Assembly (NCBI GenBank): GCA_951406725.2 | Contig: OX597823.1 | Coordinates: 4,340,001-4,404,000 of the forward strand | Reading direction: 5' to 3' | Origin: Octopus vulgaris | Lineage: Eukaryota | Length of the DNA: 64,000 bases | Part shown: piece after piece, positions 1 through 11,830 of the stretch | How the letters are laid out: each line of letters opens with the position of its first letter | Numbering within the stretch: the stretch's first letter is position 1 | Notes under the pieces: model-generated | The model's database searches: none | Told to the model about the DNA's origin: nothing | What the model saw: only the letters and a program-made list of their open reading frames with translations | Translations under genes and position numbers: made by a program

Positions 1-328
1 CCTGCTAGAAACAGCAGTCAAATCTTTGTATCAGACGCTCTTGCCTTAAAATAGGAAGGACAGACTGGTTTATGTGATCCTGGTTGCACCTCGCTTGGAT
101 TTTAAAAATATATATGTAAAATGATTAGGGTCCCAACGACTTTGATCTTTAAAAGCCTGCTCAACAAGGGCTGACAACAAAACTCGTGTGATGTTCATGC
201 ATTTCTCGGGAGCATTGACTGTAAAATGAAACTATACAGAGGAAAATACACTTCATGGAGTTCAATTCACAGCTCTTTTACTACATTACACCTACTATAA
301 AATGTTGGTGGGAAAAAAAAATATGAGC

Positions 329-400
329 CTCCCCGGCGGGGAATCGAACCCCGGTCTCCCGCGTGACAGGCGGGGATACTTACCACTATACTACCGAGGA
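329..400 (-). tRNA. tRNA-Asp(GTC), intact, unpaired copy
   Basis: Reverse complement is TCCTCGGTAGTATAGTGGTAAGTATCCCCGCCTGTCACGCGGGAGACCGGGGTTCGATTCCCCGCCGGGGAG (72 nt): anticodon GTC, intact A and B boxes, T-run terminator (A-run 313-321 on +). Confidence 0.97.
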
Positions 401-772
401 CCGGCTGTTAGATTGACTTTCATTTTAGAAAGTCATTCTATTACAACTTTCCCATTTGATATAAATTTAGAAATCCCTTTAAATTCAAACATTTTCTCTT
501 CTTTCACTACAGAAATATTTTACTAAACATTATTCGTCATCATTTTCGATAACATACGAAGGTAACGTTCCGATGTTTTAAAGAGTTATTCGAGCCAGCC
601 ACGCCCAAACAAGATATCTGCAATATATAAATGATTATTTGTGCTCTCAAGTTAATAAATTAATCGTTCGACATTCTTCAGTTCAAATCCTTTGGAAGTT
701 GCAATTATTCATGTCTCTGGAACAGTAATCTATCGATCCGCCTTGCACGAGGCTAGAGTTATAAAAACCAAG

Positions 773-1256
773 GGCATAACTACAGTTCAGTGCCCCGCAA
801 ATTTGTTTCCTCATAACTTTCTGAAAATGTTGTAATTTTTGATGAAATTTTCCATATATATTTTTTTCGAGGGTGTAGACTACAATTATGCAGAGAAAGT
901 GCAGAAAGAATTTCTAAATTTGCTAGCTTTAGCATTTTTCACATTTTTTTCCCCAGATATCTATGTTTGAAACATTGACATAATGTAATCTACATTCTCA
1001 AAATATTATTTCTGGAAAATGAATGTCAAAATACATATTTAAAGATAGTTATGAGGAGAGAAGAATGATCTGAGATAGGGAAGAATGGTCTGAAGAGAGA
1101 GGAAGAAAGAGCTGAAACGTCAAAAAAATTGTTTTAGTATCATCAACATAACCTTAATCAACACCTTGAGAGACGTATCACTCATTATTTTTATTAAATA
1201 TGCATGAGGAAACAAAGTGACGCAGGTGGAGGAATGGACCGATCTGTTGTTATGCC
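773..1256. mobile_element. Decayed MITE-like element with imperfect terminal inverted repeats
   Basis: Left GGCATAACTACAGTTCAGT...TTTGTTTCCTCAT matches the reverse complement of the right end (GGCATAACAACAGATCGGT...TTTGTTTCCTCAT). No coding remnant seen. Confidence 0.45.
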
Positions 1257-1599
1257 GAAAGACTCTGTAGGTCCCATTTAATTTCTCTTGTATTCTTCAT
1301 TGTGCTGAGACAATTCCATCCTTCGGCAGATGACAATAATGAAATTGAGAATTTTAACAGATGTAAAAGTCTTTTAATAACATCTTTGTGCAAGTTTTAA
1401 TGAAATGAGGTAAAGAATTTGCAAAACATTCGATATTTTCTAAGTGTGGTGAAAATGAGCAAAACTTTGTATTTTTGACAAACTTTGAGATTTTATACTT
1501 TCAAGAAGCTGTTTTCTTTTCATTTTATTTCTTTTCTTAAAGAATACAGAAACTCGTCCTCAGTCTTTTAGTGCCATTTTAAAAATCAACCCTTTTTGT

Positions 1600-1828
1600 G
1601 TGGTTCATAGAAAAATAAGTAAGGAGTCCACCAACATCTCTACAAGAACTGGAGACTGTTTTAGCTGAAGAATGGATAAAAATTCCTTTGGAAACAATTC
1701 AAACTTTGTACGAGTCCATAGTTTGTAGAATTCAAGCTGTAATTACTGCCGAAGGCGGTCCTCCCCCATATTAAGATAAATTTGCTTGAAATTTTAAGGT
1801 CTTTCCATTATTTTGTCCAACCCTTGTA
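1600..1828 (+). mobile_element. Tc1-like transposon 3' remnant
   Basis: Translates to RSPPTSLQELETVLAEEWIKIPLETIQTLYESIVCRIQAVITAEGGPPPY* (Tc1 transposase C-terminus, stop 1772-1774), followed by a TIR-like TTATTTTGTCCAACCCTTG plus TA. Confidence 0.8.
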
Positions 1829-2083
1829 TGCCTAAAGCAAATTTTTTTCAGGGGCCCTTAAAATACTATCGTGGATCCTCGATTTACTATTTCATTGCGT
1901 GGGTCCCCGAAAATATTATATGAACCCTTAGGGGCCATATGGATCCCAGTTGAGAACCCCTGATGTAGAGACTGTCACGTTGGGTCAGTTATTTTCAGGG
2001 GCTGCAAAAACTTTTATAGAAGATCAAAGGAAAAAAAAAAATATTAAGTGATCAATAAAGAAAAAAAATTACAGAATAATAAT

Positions 2084-2468
2084 GGATGGAAGCACTCCGT
2101 CGGTTACGACGACGAGGGTTCCGGTTGATCCGATCAACGGAACTGCCTTCTCATGAAATTAACGTGTAAGTGGCTGAGCACTCCACAGACACGTGTACCC
2201 TTAACGTAGTTCTCGGGAATATTCAGCGTGACACAGAGAGTGACAAGGCCGGCCCTTTGAAATACAGGTACAACAGAAACAGGAAGTTAGAGTGAGAGAA
2301 AGTTGTGGTGAAAGAGTACAGCAGGGATCACCACCATCCCCTGCCGGAGCCTCGTGGAGCTTTAGGTGTTTTCGCTCAATAAACACTCACAACGCCCGGT
2401 CTGGGAATCGAAACCGCGATCCTACGACCGCGAGTCCGCTGCCCTAACCACTGGGCCATTGTGCCTCC
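2084..2468 (-). mobile_element. Full-length tRNA-derived SINE with 13-bp TSD
   Basis: Minus-strand head GGAGGCACAATGGCCCAGTGGTTAGG...GGTTTCGATTCCC carries A and B boxes. Direct repeat ACAGAATAATAAT at 2071-2083 and 2469-2481. Confidence 0.85.
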
Positions 2469-2481
2469 ACAGAATAATAAT

Positions 2482-2633
2482 AGGCTGTGTGGTAAGGAGC
2501 TTGCTTCCCAATCACATGATTCTGGGTTCAGTCCCTCTGTGTAGAACCTTGGGCAAGTGTCTTCTACCGTAGCCTCAGACCAAGCAAAACCTTGTGAGTC
2601 GATTTCGTTGACAGAAACTGAAAGAAGCTGGTC

Positions 2634-2666
<33 letters not shown>

Positions 2667-2931
2667 CCGTCCAACCCATGCCAGCATAGAAAATGGGTGT
2701 TAAATGATGATGATGATATATGTGTCTATGTTTGTGTGCCCACCCCAGCCTGCTTGACAACTGGTGTTGGTGTGTTTGCATCCTCATAACTTAGCAGTTT
2801 GGCAAAAGAGATTTGACAGAATAAGTACCGGGCTTAAAATAAGTGCTGGAGTCAATTCATTCACCTAAAAATTCGAGGCGGTGCCCCAGCATGGCCGCAG
2901 TCTAATGACTGAAACAAGTAAAAGATAAAAG
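2482..2931 (+). mobile_element. Abundant tRNA-derived SINE (CORE-like segment ACCTTGGGCAAGT, central (GT)n, tail GACTGAAACAAGTAAAAGA)
   Basis: Same sequence recurs at about 5575, 20040-20342(-), 29830-30178(-), 31430-31815, 34693-35100, 54820-55395, 56445-57050, 57755-57885(-) and 63370-63500. Confidence 0.8.
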
Positions 2932-3832
2932 AGGAGAAAAACAACAAAAAAACTTTCCCTACGTCTCTTTCAGTAAATGACGGTTGACAAGAGATGTAAA
3001 GTTTTGACTGAACAATCTCTAATACGGATGACTTTTTATGGACTTTGACATAGCTGTGTATACAGGGTGGTGGAAAAGTGAGTAGGCATTAAAAATTGAT
3101 AACAAAATCCTCATTCCTTTTACAAATTTATTGAAACAAATGATACATGTTCTTTATTACATGGGAAAATGAAAGTAAATCTTCATATTTCAACGTAAAC
3201 ACCGGTGGCGTCAACCAGTTTCCTGAAACGGCCAGGGATGAGGTGAGCAACCTTCTGAAGGATGTCGTCTGGGATAACATTAAGAGCCTCCTGCATCCTT
3301 GTCTCCAAGTCCTCCAGTGTGCAAGGTTTTGTGTAACCCCACAGGTAGAAATCACACAGAATGAGATCTGGACTTATTAGAGGCCATTCATGAGGTCCGC
3401 GTCGTCTCAATAGGTTTTAGCTCCTGCACGTAATGGGGTTTCCACGGACGAAAATTCAATTTTTTTATGCAACACTGTATGTATTATGTGTCTTGTTCGT
3501 CCACTTTCACGAATTGCTTGACATGATTTTTGCGGTCTGCTATCAAACATTTCCTGCACTGTTGCCTCATTCTCCACTGATCGGGATGGGGTTGGATGGC
3601 CACTTCTTGCATCATTCACAGAGCCCGTGGTCATCAGCTTCGCATGACAACTTTTTATTGTCTCTGGATGTAGTGTTGCACGCTTACCTTTCCATGCATG
3701 CCACCATCTCTTAACCAAAACAATGGAAATCCACACTTCATAGCATGCTGCTATCTTAACTTACTCCTGAACAGTTTTGAAATTGTTTTCGTCATAACTT
3801 CAGCGATACTAAGAATTCTATAAGCAATATCT

Positions 3833-5540
3833 TGTAGAACGACCATGCGAAAAGGAGAGGTGATGAATGAATGACTCTTTTAAACGCCGCACGGTCGCCT
3901 TACAATGAAAGCCAAAATATGGATAAATGAGTATGAGTGCCAGAAGGAATAAGGAGACGACACAACCGCAGAATGTTTAAGAGAAAGGTTTTATTTAGAT
4001 GTTAGCAGAGTGTATGTCCGTGAGGGCGACATAAGTAAATACATATAATAATAATAATAACAACAACAACAACAATAAATGCCCTGATGCAGTACCAGGC
4101 AGTGGCTCTCATGGCTTCTGATCTTAACTGATTGGAAGTGTTATCATGTACATTGTTTTGTCTTGCTATAAAAGATGGGCTACAGCAAATATTCTGTTCA
4201 ATACCACAGATTTGCTTGTCAGTTGTTTGACCTTAACCAGTTGAGCATGTCCCTTAGTGGCTGACGATATGTGCATCTCTGATCACGAGCAGAAGTAGTG
4301 GGGAAGCATCATAGCCATGTGCTGAGAGGAATTCTTTGGGGTTTGAATAATTCACCTCTGGAAACATGGGTGTTTCGTTCAACATCCTTAAACAACCCTT
4401 ATTCAGGGACCTTTTGAGCAAGATGGGCTACTCGACCTGAAGAAAATTCTAACTGGGCCCCACCTGCAAGGTCATGCGCTGTCTATCTTGATATAAGATC
4501 ATCATGTCGCGCACATAAGGTTGTGATGCATGTGCCTGGTGTACCCTTATCAGACGGGTAGTCATGATGGATATACTGGGCTTTGTATATTTTACCCCAG
4601 TGTCACTTTGATGGCATGCACTGCTCTCTCACTCAATAATAATAATAATAGACAGGCCGTCATTCATACAATAATGTGTATGTGTGCTAGCAGTGTGTCT
4701 GTGTGTTCGCGTCATTCATACAATAAGAACAATAACAGACAGGCCGTCAAGCATACAATAACGTGTATGTGTGTACAAACAAGGGTGTATGCGTGTGAGA
4801 TAAAATACAGAGCATAGAAACGAGTCTATAACAGGACACTAGAAGTTCGGACACAAGTTGTAGATAAATACCAGTTCGTAGTAATGAACGCAATAGTTGG
4901 AGTTCTGGGCAAGAAGTTGAGGTCACAAGGCAGAACCAGTTACTACACGTGTCGTGTAGAGGTAATGGCTTCTATGCTGTGCCGGGTTACTTGGTACAGG
5001 AAATCCTCACAGATTGAGCTAGCTGTTAACCGTGGTGAAATATTCACAAACAGCGTGAAGTTAAACCTAGGCGCAGTTACTGTTGGCGTCGTTAAGATGA
5101 AGGCACGGTAGTGGAGACAACGTTAAGATTAAAGGCGACGTTAAGAAGAAGGCGACAATGGTAGAGGTCCTGAATACTGCTGGTGTTGGTGTTGTCGCTG
5201 TCTGTCGCTGGGTGCTATGTGGTCAGAGGTTAGTCCTTAGAAGGACTAGAACCAAAGACCCGATAGAGTGAATCGCTGAAGCTTTTATAGAAAATTATAG
5301 GTTCAAACGGAGCATTTAGAAGACTGTGTCACGGGACCTTATCAGAAGATTGGGTTGGGTCGCACATTGGCGCGAAATAAAGCAAGAGACAAATTGCACC
5401 AAAACCAACCAATCAGAGTAGTGAACACATCAGGGCCCAAGCAGCCGAAGGTTAACTGTTATCTGCTACGTCCGTATTTGTGTTATATATGTCAGAAAGA
5501 GAGAGAGAGGGGGGGAGTATTTCACTAAGGGTCCGCTACA
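3833..5540 (-). mobile_element. Solo LTR (TG...CA) with 4-bp TSD
   Basis: Begins TGTAGAACGACC and ends GGTCCGCTACA (inverted termini). ATCT flanks both sides (3829-3832, 5541-5544). Minus strand shows CTATAAAA near 5285 and AATAAA near 3990. Confidence 0.75.
4046..4650. mobile_element. Probable non-coding interspersed repeat nested in the LTR, bounded by (AAT)n runs
   Basis: Composition changes between (AAT/AAC)n at about 4046-4078 and (AAT)n at about 4635-4650. Family not identified. Confidence 0.45.
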
Positions 5541-5825
5541 ATCTAATGCGTAGTTACATTCCACCCACCCCTCCTAAGGTTGTGTAGTTAAGAAATTCCT
5601 TTTGCAACCACATGGCTTTGGCTTCAGTCCCACTGTGTGGTTCCATGAGTATACTGCTATAGCTCTTGACTATCCAATGCCTTATGAGTGAATGTAGTAG
5701 ATGGAAACCGTGTGGAAGCCTATCAGGTGTGTGTATTTGTTTGTGTCTCCTTGTCTTGACATCACATGATACTTTTAAATGATGTCAATTAGCGACAGAA
5801 GCAGTATTCATACGTAGAGCAAATA

Positions 5826-6361
5826 TCTCTCCCCACTTAGCCGTGGCTGTTCTGTTAGAACAAACTATACTGGAGAAGTTACCACGAGAGAATATCTAGT
5901 GTTGGCTTTTTGGTGCAAAATACACTCTTGTTTATATCACTAGCAGGAAAGTAAATCCTTACTACTTTTAGCACTTGACCTTGTTTGGTTTCGTCAATGA
6001 TGGACGCTCAACAGCCAGATGCAGCAGCAATTCATCTCATCGCCAGCTTTAGATTGACACTGCCAAAACAGTTGTTGGGGTCGTAATTAGCCAGTTAGCT
6101 TGTTAAAATCTCTAATACATATATTTTTTAACAAGTTATACGGCTGTTACTGTCAATCTATATGTTGCTGGTGGAAGGGTGAATTGTCACTGCTTCTAAC
6201 AGTCGAGTGTCCATCATTGACAAGACCAAACAAGGTTGAGATCTGGTGGTGCTCTCGGCACTGGAGATGAATCCCTGCAAAAAAACTGATATGAGTGTTT
6301 CTCTTTTGGCAACTACTACAGCATGGTTTGTTCTAATAGAACATCCACGATTAAGTGGAGA
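5826..6361. mobile_element. Non-autonomous DNA transposon with ~90 bp imperfect TIRs, nested in a SINE
   Basis: CCACTTAGCCGTGGCTGTTCTGTTAGAACAAAC... on the left versus ...GTTTGTTCTAATAGAACATCCACGATTAAGTGG on the right. TA on both flanks. Confidence 0.7.
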
Positions 6362-6889
6362 TAAATAACACTTGTAAATGAGTGTCACTGTCATACAAGC
6401 AGTGTCATTCTGTCATTCATTTCCAGTCTTCTGTGAAATCATGTCCGACTTTACTTGAACGCAGATGAAGGTTGGCAACAGGAAGGTCACCCAGCCACAC
6501 TCTGTCTCAACGAATTCCATTTATCATCGAAAAGTAGATATTTAAAAATGATGATGATATTACACGCGTCTTCGTGTTTATATTTGTGCTCCCAACCACC
6601 GCTAAGCAACCGGAGTTGGTTTGTTTATGTCCCAGTAACTTAGCAGTTCGGTAAATAAGGCTCGATGCTATAAGTACCAGGCTTTAAAAAAACACTAGGA
6701 CCGATTTGTTCGACCAACCCTACACACTCATACTGTTTTCTCACAGCAAAAGTCTTCACAGGACCTGGATAGGAACAAGGCTATAGAAGACATTATTCAA
6801 CATGCTCTGTGAGAGGAATGGAATTTGAAACCTTCCATCATAATTTCTAAGCCACATAACCAAGGCAGAAAAAGAAAAAGTACAAATGT

Positions 6890-6961
6890 CTCCCCGGCGG
6901 GGAATCGAACCCCGGTCTCCCGCGTGACAGGCGGGGATACTTACCACTATACTACCGAGGA
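6890..6961 (-). tRNA. tRNA-Asp(GTC), pair 1 left
   Basis: Identical 72-nt sequence; A-runs at 6869-6879 form the terminator on minus. Confidence 0.97.
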
Positions 6962-7573
6962 CGACACATTCAGAGAATTTATACATGTTTATTCGTATGC
7001 ACGTGTGCGTGTGTACGCCTGAATACTGTTTCGTAGATGAGTCAGTAATAGCAGCCAGATTTGATTTTATTGGTCAGGAACCGCGTGGAAGATGAAGGAC
7101 TTCTACGATTCGAAGAAACAAGGAACGGGATAGTTACAGGTGAAAACCATTTCGTCATTCTCTCATCAAGACAGACATAACCCGCGGCAACACAACTTAC
7201 TATAAACACTGACCCATGTTTGTTCTTCTATATTTAAATGTGTGTATATATCTTTAATGGGGGTGAGATAGCCGAATAGTACCGTATATCTATGTCTAGA
7301 TGTAAAACTGAAATGAAAATATCATTGTAAGAGAATTAATGAAAAAAGAAAAAAAAACACGTGAGAGGAGAACCAACAGGATTTAAATATCATGTTGTGG
7401 AAGATGTATCAGTATTTTATATAATTAATACATTTTGCCTGCTTTTATTGTCATCAAATTAAACAACCGTAAAAACTTCCCTTATATCAACACAGAAACA
7501 GAAACATAGTGACACGCCCCGGCGAATGTCGTCATAAAATGAGTTCCTTAATTCAGGCTTCGCTGCCAGCTGA

Positions 7574-7645
7574 TCCTCGGTAGTATAGTGGTAAGTATCC
7601 CCGCCTGTCACGCGGGAGACCGGGGTTCGATTCCCCGCCGGGGAG
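7574..7645 (+). tRNA. tRNA-Asp(GTC), pair 1 right
   Basis: Identical 72-nt sequence followed by GCTCGTTATTTTTACTTTTTTG. Confidence 0.97.
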
Positions 7646-7889
7646 GCTCGTTATTTTTACTTTTTTGATAGTAGTTGCGTTTTGGATTCGAAAACTGATT
7701 ATTTCAACAAGGCCGGTCAATTGGAGATGCCTTTTTCGAATGCCCAGCACTCGCCTCGGTTCTCACGTGAAAGGCAGCCATTCGATTTCCCACTATTTTT
7801 TTTTCTACATTGGCTTTGTGAATTCTAGTGCCAGTTATTCGAACCAAGGCCAGCCCCGCAATGGTCAAACTAAAGCGTTTGACAGCTGG

Positions 7890-7961
7890 TCCTCCGTAGT
7901 ATAGTTGTAAGTATCCTCGGCTGTCACGCGGGAGACCGGGGCTCGATTCCCCACAAGGGAC
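7890..7961 (+). pseudogene. tRNA-Asp pseudogene
   Basis: TCCTCCGTAGTATAGTTGTAAGTATCCTCGGCTGTCACGCGGGAGACCGGGGCTCGATTCCCCACAAGGGAC: A-box GG>TG, B-box GTTC>GCTC, broken acceptor and anticodon stems. Confidence 0.9.
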
Positions 7962-8226
7962 ACTCGTTACTTTTTTCGATAGTAAAAGGGTGGGAAAAAT
8001 TTTTTAAAAGAAACTGTAAACAAACCAGCCCGACAAGGTATCGAAACAGGGTCACACATGTTACAAGCTGAGGAAGTGCTGAATATTCAAAGCAAGTATT
8101 TATCGCTTCTTGGGTAAGCGGGCAGCAAGACCTAAATTAAAGAACTCATTTTATGAAGGCATTCGTGGTCCGAATATCCAATATTGTGCCAGATGGGGAA
8201 CCTACAAAAATTAGAAAAAACTAAGC

Positions 8227-8298
8227 CTCCCCGGCGGGGAATCGAACCCCGGTCTCCCGCGTGACAGGCGGGGATACTTACCACTATACTACCGAGGA
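8227..8298 (-). tRNA. tRNA-Asp(GTC), pair 2 left
   Basis: Identical 72-nt sequence; A-run 8215-8220. Confidence 0.97.
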
Positions 8299-8929
8299 TG
8301 ACACTTCCTGTTTTATTCATACGTATATTTATCTGTATGCACGTGTACGTGTGCGTATGTACGACTGAATATTTCCTCGTAGATGAGTCAGAAATAACAG
8401 CCAGATTTTGTTTTATTGGTCAGGAACCGCATGGTAGACGAAGGTCTTCTATATACGCGCACGATTCGAAGAAACAAGGAACGGGATAGTTACAGGTGAA
8501 AACTATTTCGTCATTCTCTCATCAAGACAGACATAACCCGCGGCAACACAACTTACTATAAACACTGGCCCATGTTTGTGCTTCTATATTTAGATGTGTA
8601 TATATATCTTTAATGGGGGTGAGATAGCCGAATAGTACCGTATATCTATGTCTTGATGTTAAACTGAAATGAAAATATCATTGTAAGAGAATTAATGAAA
8701 AAAGAAAAAAAAACACGTGAGAGGAGAACCAACAGGATTTAAATATCATGTTGTGGAAGATGTATCAGTATTTTATATAATTAATACATTTTGCCTGCTT
8801 TTATTGTCATCAAATTAAACAACCGTAAAAACTTCCCTTATATCAACACAGAAACAGAAACATAGTGACACGCCCCGGCGAATGTCGTCATAAAATGAGT
8901 TCCTTAATTCAGGCTTCGCTACCAGCTGA

Positions 8930-9001
8930 TCCTCGGTAGTATAGTGGTAAGTATCCCCGCCTGTCACGCGGGAGACCGGGGTTCGATTCCCCGCCGGGGA
9001 G
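8930..9001 (+). tRNA. tRNA-Asp(GTC), pair 2 right
   Basis: Identical 72-nt sequence with a downstream T-run. Confidence 0.97.
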
Positions 9002-9219
9002 GCTCGTTATTTTTACTTTTTTGATAGTGGTTGTATTTGGGATTCGAAAACTGATTATTTGAATAAGACCGGTCAATTGGAGATACCTTTTTCGAATGCC
9101 CAGCACTCGCCTCGGTTCTCACGTGAAAGAACCGGTTTCGATTCCTTGTCGGGCTGGTTTGTTTCCAGTTTCTTTTAAATTTTTTTTTCAATTCTTTTAC
9201 TAAAAAAACAAAAACGAGC

Positions 9220-9301
9220 CTCAACGGCGGGGAATCAGACCCCTGTCTCCCGCGGGACAGCCGAGGATACTCACAACTATATTATACTACAACTATACTA
9301 C
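9220..9301 (-). pseudogene. tRNA-Asp pseudogene split by the RTE LINE (5' remainder at about 16746-16756)
   Basis: CTCAACGGCGGGGAATCAGACCCCTGTCTCCCGCGGGACAGCCGAGGATACTCACAACTATA... stops at the LINE. ACTACGGATGACCAGC and the tRNA upstream flank resume after 16745. Confidence 0.85.
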
Positions 9302-9939
9302 TATGGGTAGTGGGTAGCTAATTTCTTCACTACTTCAGTGAGTGACGAACCTGCCTGACATGAATCCCGGGCTCAACTGGCTCCGGCTGATAGTACCCGG
9401 TATGGGCCCCTATCCAGGGTTACGGAAAGGAGACAACCTTAATAGAAATCCGGAGTGGAGCCCCGAAGGCGGTTCAGTGTTCGACTCAACACTGTTCGGG
9501 TAGATCCTGCAACCAAGCTGGTACCAAACGTAATGCTCGGCACTCCTTTGGACTTCGTCAGCAAGGTCGAGAGAGGAATCCTGATGATTGGGCTACCCAG
9601 GATTTTCTTATTTCTAACCCAAGGCCTGCGCAAAACTGGAGAGGACACTTCAGTGCTGCTGTAAAAAGTGGCAGAAAAAACACGGGAGGTAGCAGTCACA
9701 AGTGATAAGTCCATTCAGCTTGGCGTAAGATATGGGCGCTACGGATTACCTCTGACGGTGGGAGTGAGCCCCGTGTCCCATTGGTTAGCTACTGCCAACC
9801 TCAAGCTGGATAGCCCCCGGTTAATGAGGTGCTGACCCGCCACAAGTCGCCTGCTTCATTGGGTGCTTGGAGCTAAGAGTTTGACTTGAAAAATGGCCTG
9901 CAACCTCTGCACCAGGCAAACAACTGAAAGACAAGAAAC

Positions 9940-10678
9940 CACCAGTCCTGCAGTTAGCAAGCTGGAATGTCAGGACCATGTGCCCTGGCATATCTGATGA
10001 CCTACTCAGGGTTGAAAACACAAGAAAGATGGCCATCATTGACCGTGAACTAAAGAGGCTTAACATAGACATTGCTGGACTGCAGGAGACGAGACTCCCC
10101 TCAAACGACAAACTCAAAGAACAGGATTTCACCTTCTTTTGGCAGGGAAGAGATCCAGAATAACCTCGTCAGCATGGTGTTGGCTTTGCAGTGAGAAACT
10201 CATTATTCTCCTCAAAAGAACCACAATCAGGAGGCACTGAGCATATCCTCTCACTATGCTTCTCGACCTCTTCTGGTTCAGTACATCTACTGAGCATCTA
10301 TGCTCCCACTCTCTACAGCTCAGAGGAGACCAAGGCCCAGTTCTACAAAGATCTCAACTGTGTCATTAGAAATATACCAACCAATGAAAACATCTACCTT
10401 CTGGGAGATTTTAACGCTCGCGTGGGATCTGACCATGATTCGTGGCCCATTTATGTAGGACATTTTGGTATTGGCAACATGAATGACAATGGTCAGAGAT
10501 TACTTGAATTTTGCATCACCAACACATTCTTTGCCAACAATCCATCCCTCAAGGCATCTTGGAGACATCCAAGATCTCACCACTGGCATCAGCTGGATCT
10601 CATCATTACATGAAGATCCTTTCTGAATTTTGTTCAACTGACCCGTAATAACCACAGCGCGGATTGTGACACAGATCA
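9940..10678 (+). pseudogene. RTE apurinic-like endonuclease domain (premature stops)
   Basis: ORFs 9978-10163 and 10191-10613 are in the same frame, separated by a stop. The reading frame is cut at the DH motif by the Helitron. Confidence 0.9.
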
Positions 10679-11152
10679 TATCTCTTATTATAAAAGGCAG
10701 ATTTTATCTGCCTCCCTTTGTATCTTATAGAAATCTACAATATAGGATTTCTTCAATTACAATTTACCTAGCATTTTTAAGAGTAGAATGCATCGGGTCG
10801 TGCCAGGTCCAGTTTTTAAAATTTCAACCCCAATTAAGCAAAATTTTGAGAAAACTCACATTGTGGTGTATGAGTCAAATGCTTTTCTTAGTGTGGCCTA
10901 CACCACACGCACACGCACACACACAGTGTGCAACGAATAAAGTGAAAGTAATTCACTTTTTGTAGTGAGTGACTCTTTCACTCTGCCACTTCCTCTTTAC
11001 ACGCATAGACACGCAAATATATAAATAAAATTGTAAGCTAACGTGTGTGTGTGTGTGCGTGTGTGTGAGTGTGTGTCTGTGTGTGTGTGCGTGTGTGTGT
11101 GTGTGTGAGGGTGCGTGTGTGTGTGTGTGCGTTTGCGTGAGTGTGTGACAGG

Positions 11153-11830
11153 AAAGGTTTTTAGGACGAATATAAGACCTATATCCAAGTAGCAGAAAGA
11201 TCGCCCAAAAGTGTATATAGATATTTAAATGTATTTATATATTCATCTATACACAGATGTATGTATAATGTGTGTGTATATATTTCCATAGAGGTAACCT
11301 TTCACTCCATACAAAGTTTTTTAGGACGAATATAAGATCTAAAGTATATACAAGTAGCAGAAAGATCGCCCAAAAGTGTATATAGATCTTTAAATGTATT
11401 TATATATTCATCTATACACAGATGTATGTATAATGTGTGTGTATATATTTCCATAGACGTAACCATTCACTCCGCACAAAGTTTTTTAGGACGAAAATAA
11501 GATCTAAAGTTATCTCTAAGTAGCACAAAGATCGCCCAAAAAGTGTATATAGATATATAAATGTATTTATATATTCATCTATGCACACATGTATGTATAA
11601 CGTGTGTGTATATATTTCCATAGAGGTAACCATTCACTCCATACAAAGTTTTTTAGGACGAAAATAAGATCTAAAGTTATCTCTAAGAAACAGAAAGATC
11701 TCCCAAAAGTGTATATAGATATTTAAATGTATTTATATATTCATCTATACACACATGTATGTATAATGTGCGTGTATATATTTCCATAGAGGTAACCATT
11801 CAATCCATACAAAGTTTTTTAGGACGAAAA
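11153..11830 (+). repeat. Tandem repeat, four units of 160-167 bp, inside the Helitron
   Basis: TTAGGACGAA recurs at 11161, 11321, 11486, 11653 and 11819 with near-identical intervening sequence. Confidence 0.93.

Larger units (their letters stand above)
3063..5572 (-). mobile_element. Degenerate Tc1/mariner element (coding remnant about 3183-3736) interrupted by a solo LTR
   Basis: Remnants KLMTTGSVNDARSG and RRGPHEWPLISPDLILCDFYLWGY. TIR TA-CAGGGTGGTGGAAAAGTGAGTAGGCATTA at 3061, with a degenerate inverted copy at 5544-5572. Confidence 0.75.

Noticed and set aside
329-400. G7-C66 pair differing from the vertebrate tRNA-Asp T7-A66 pair as a novel tRNA variant
   Set aside because: A compensatory acceptor-stem change that keeps the fold, anticodon and discriminator; ordinary lineage variation.
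4400-4605. HDV-like ribozyme in the (AAT)n-bounded insert
   Set aside because: Only partial P1/P3 pairing; no convincing P1.1, J4/2 or P2.
9780-9832. Twister-like loop CTGCC..CCTCAAGC.TGG with downstream GAGG in the RTE leader
   Set aside because: I could not place P1/P2 or the catalytic internal loop; it reads as a simple long hairpin.
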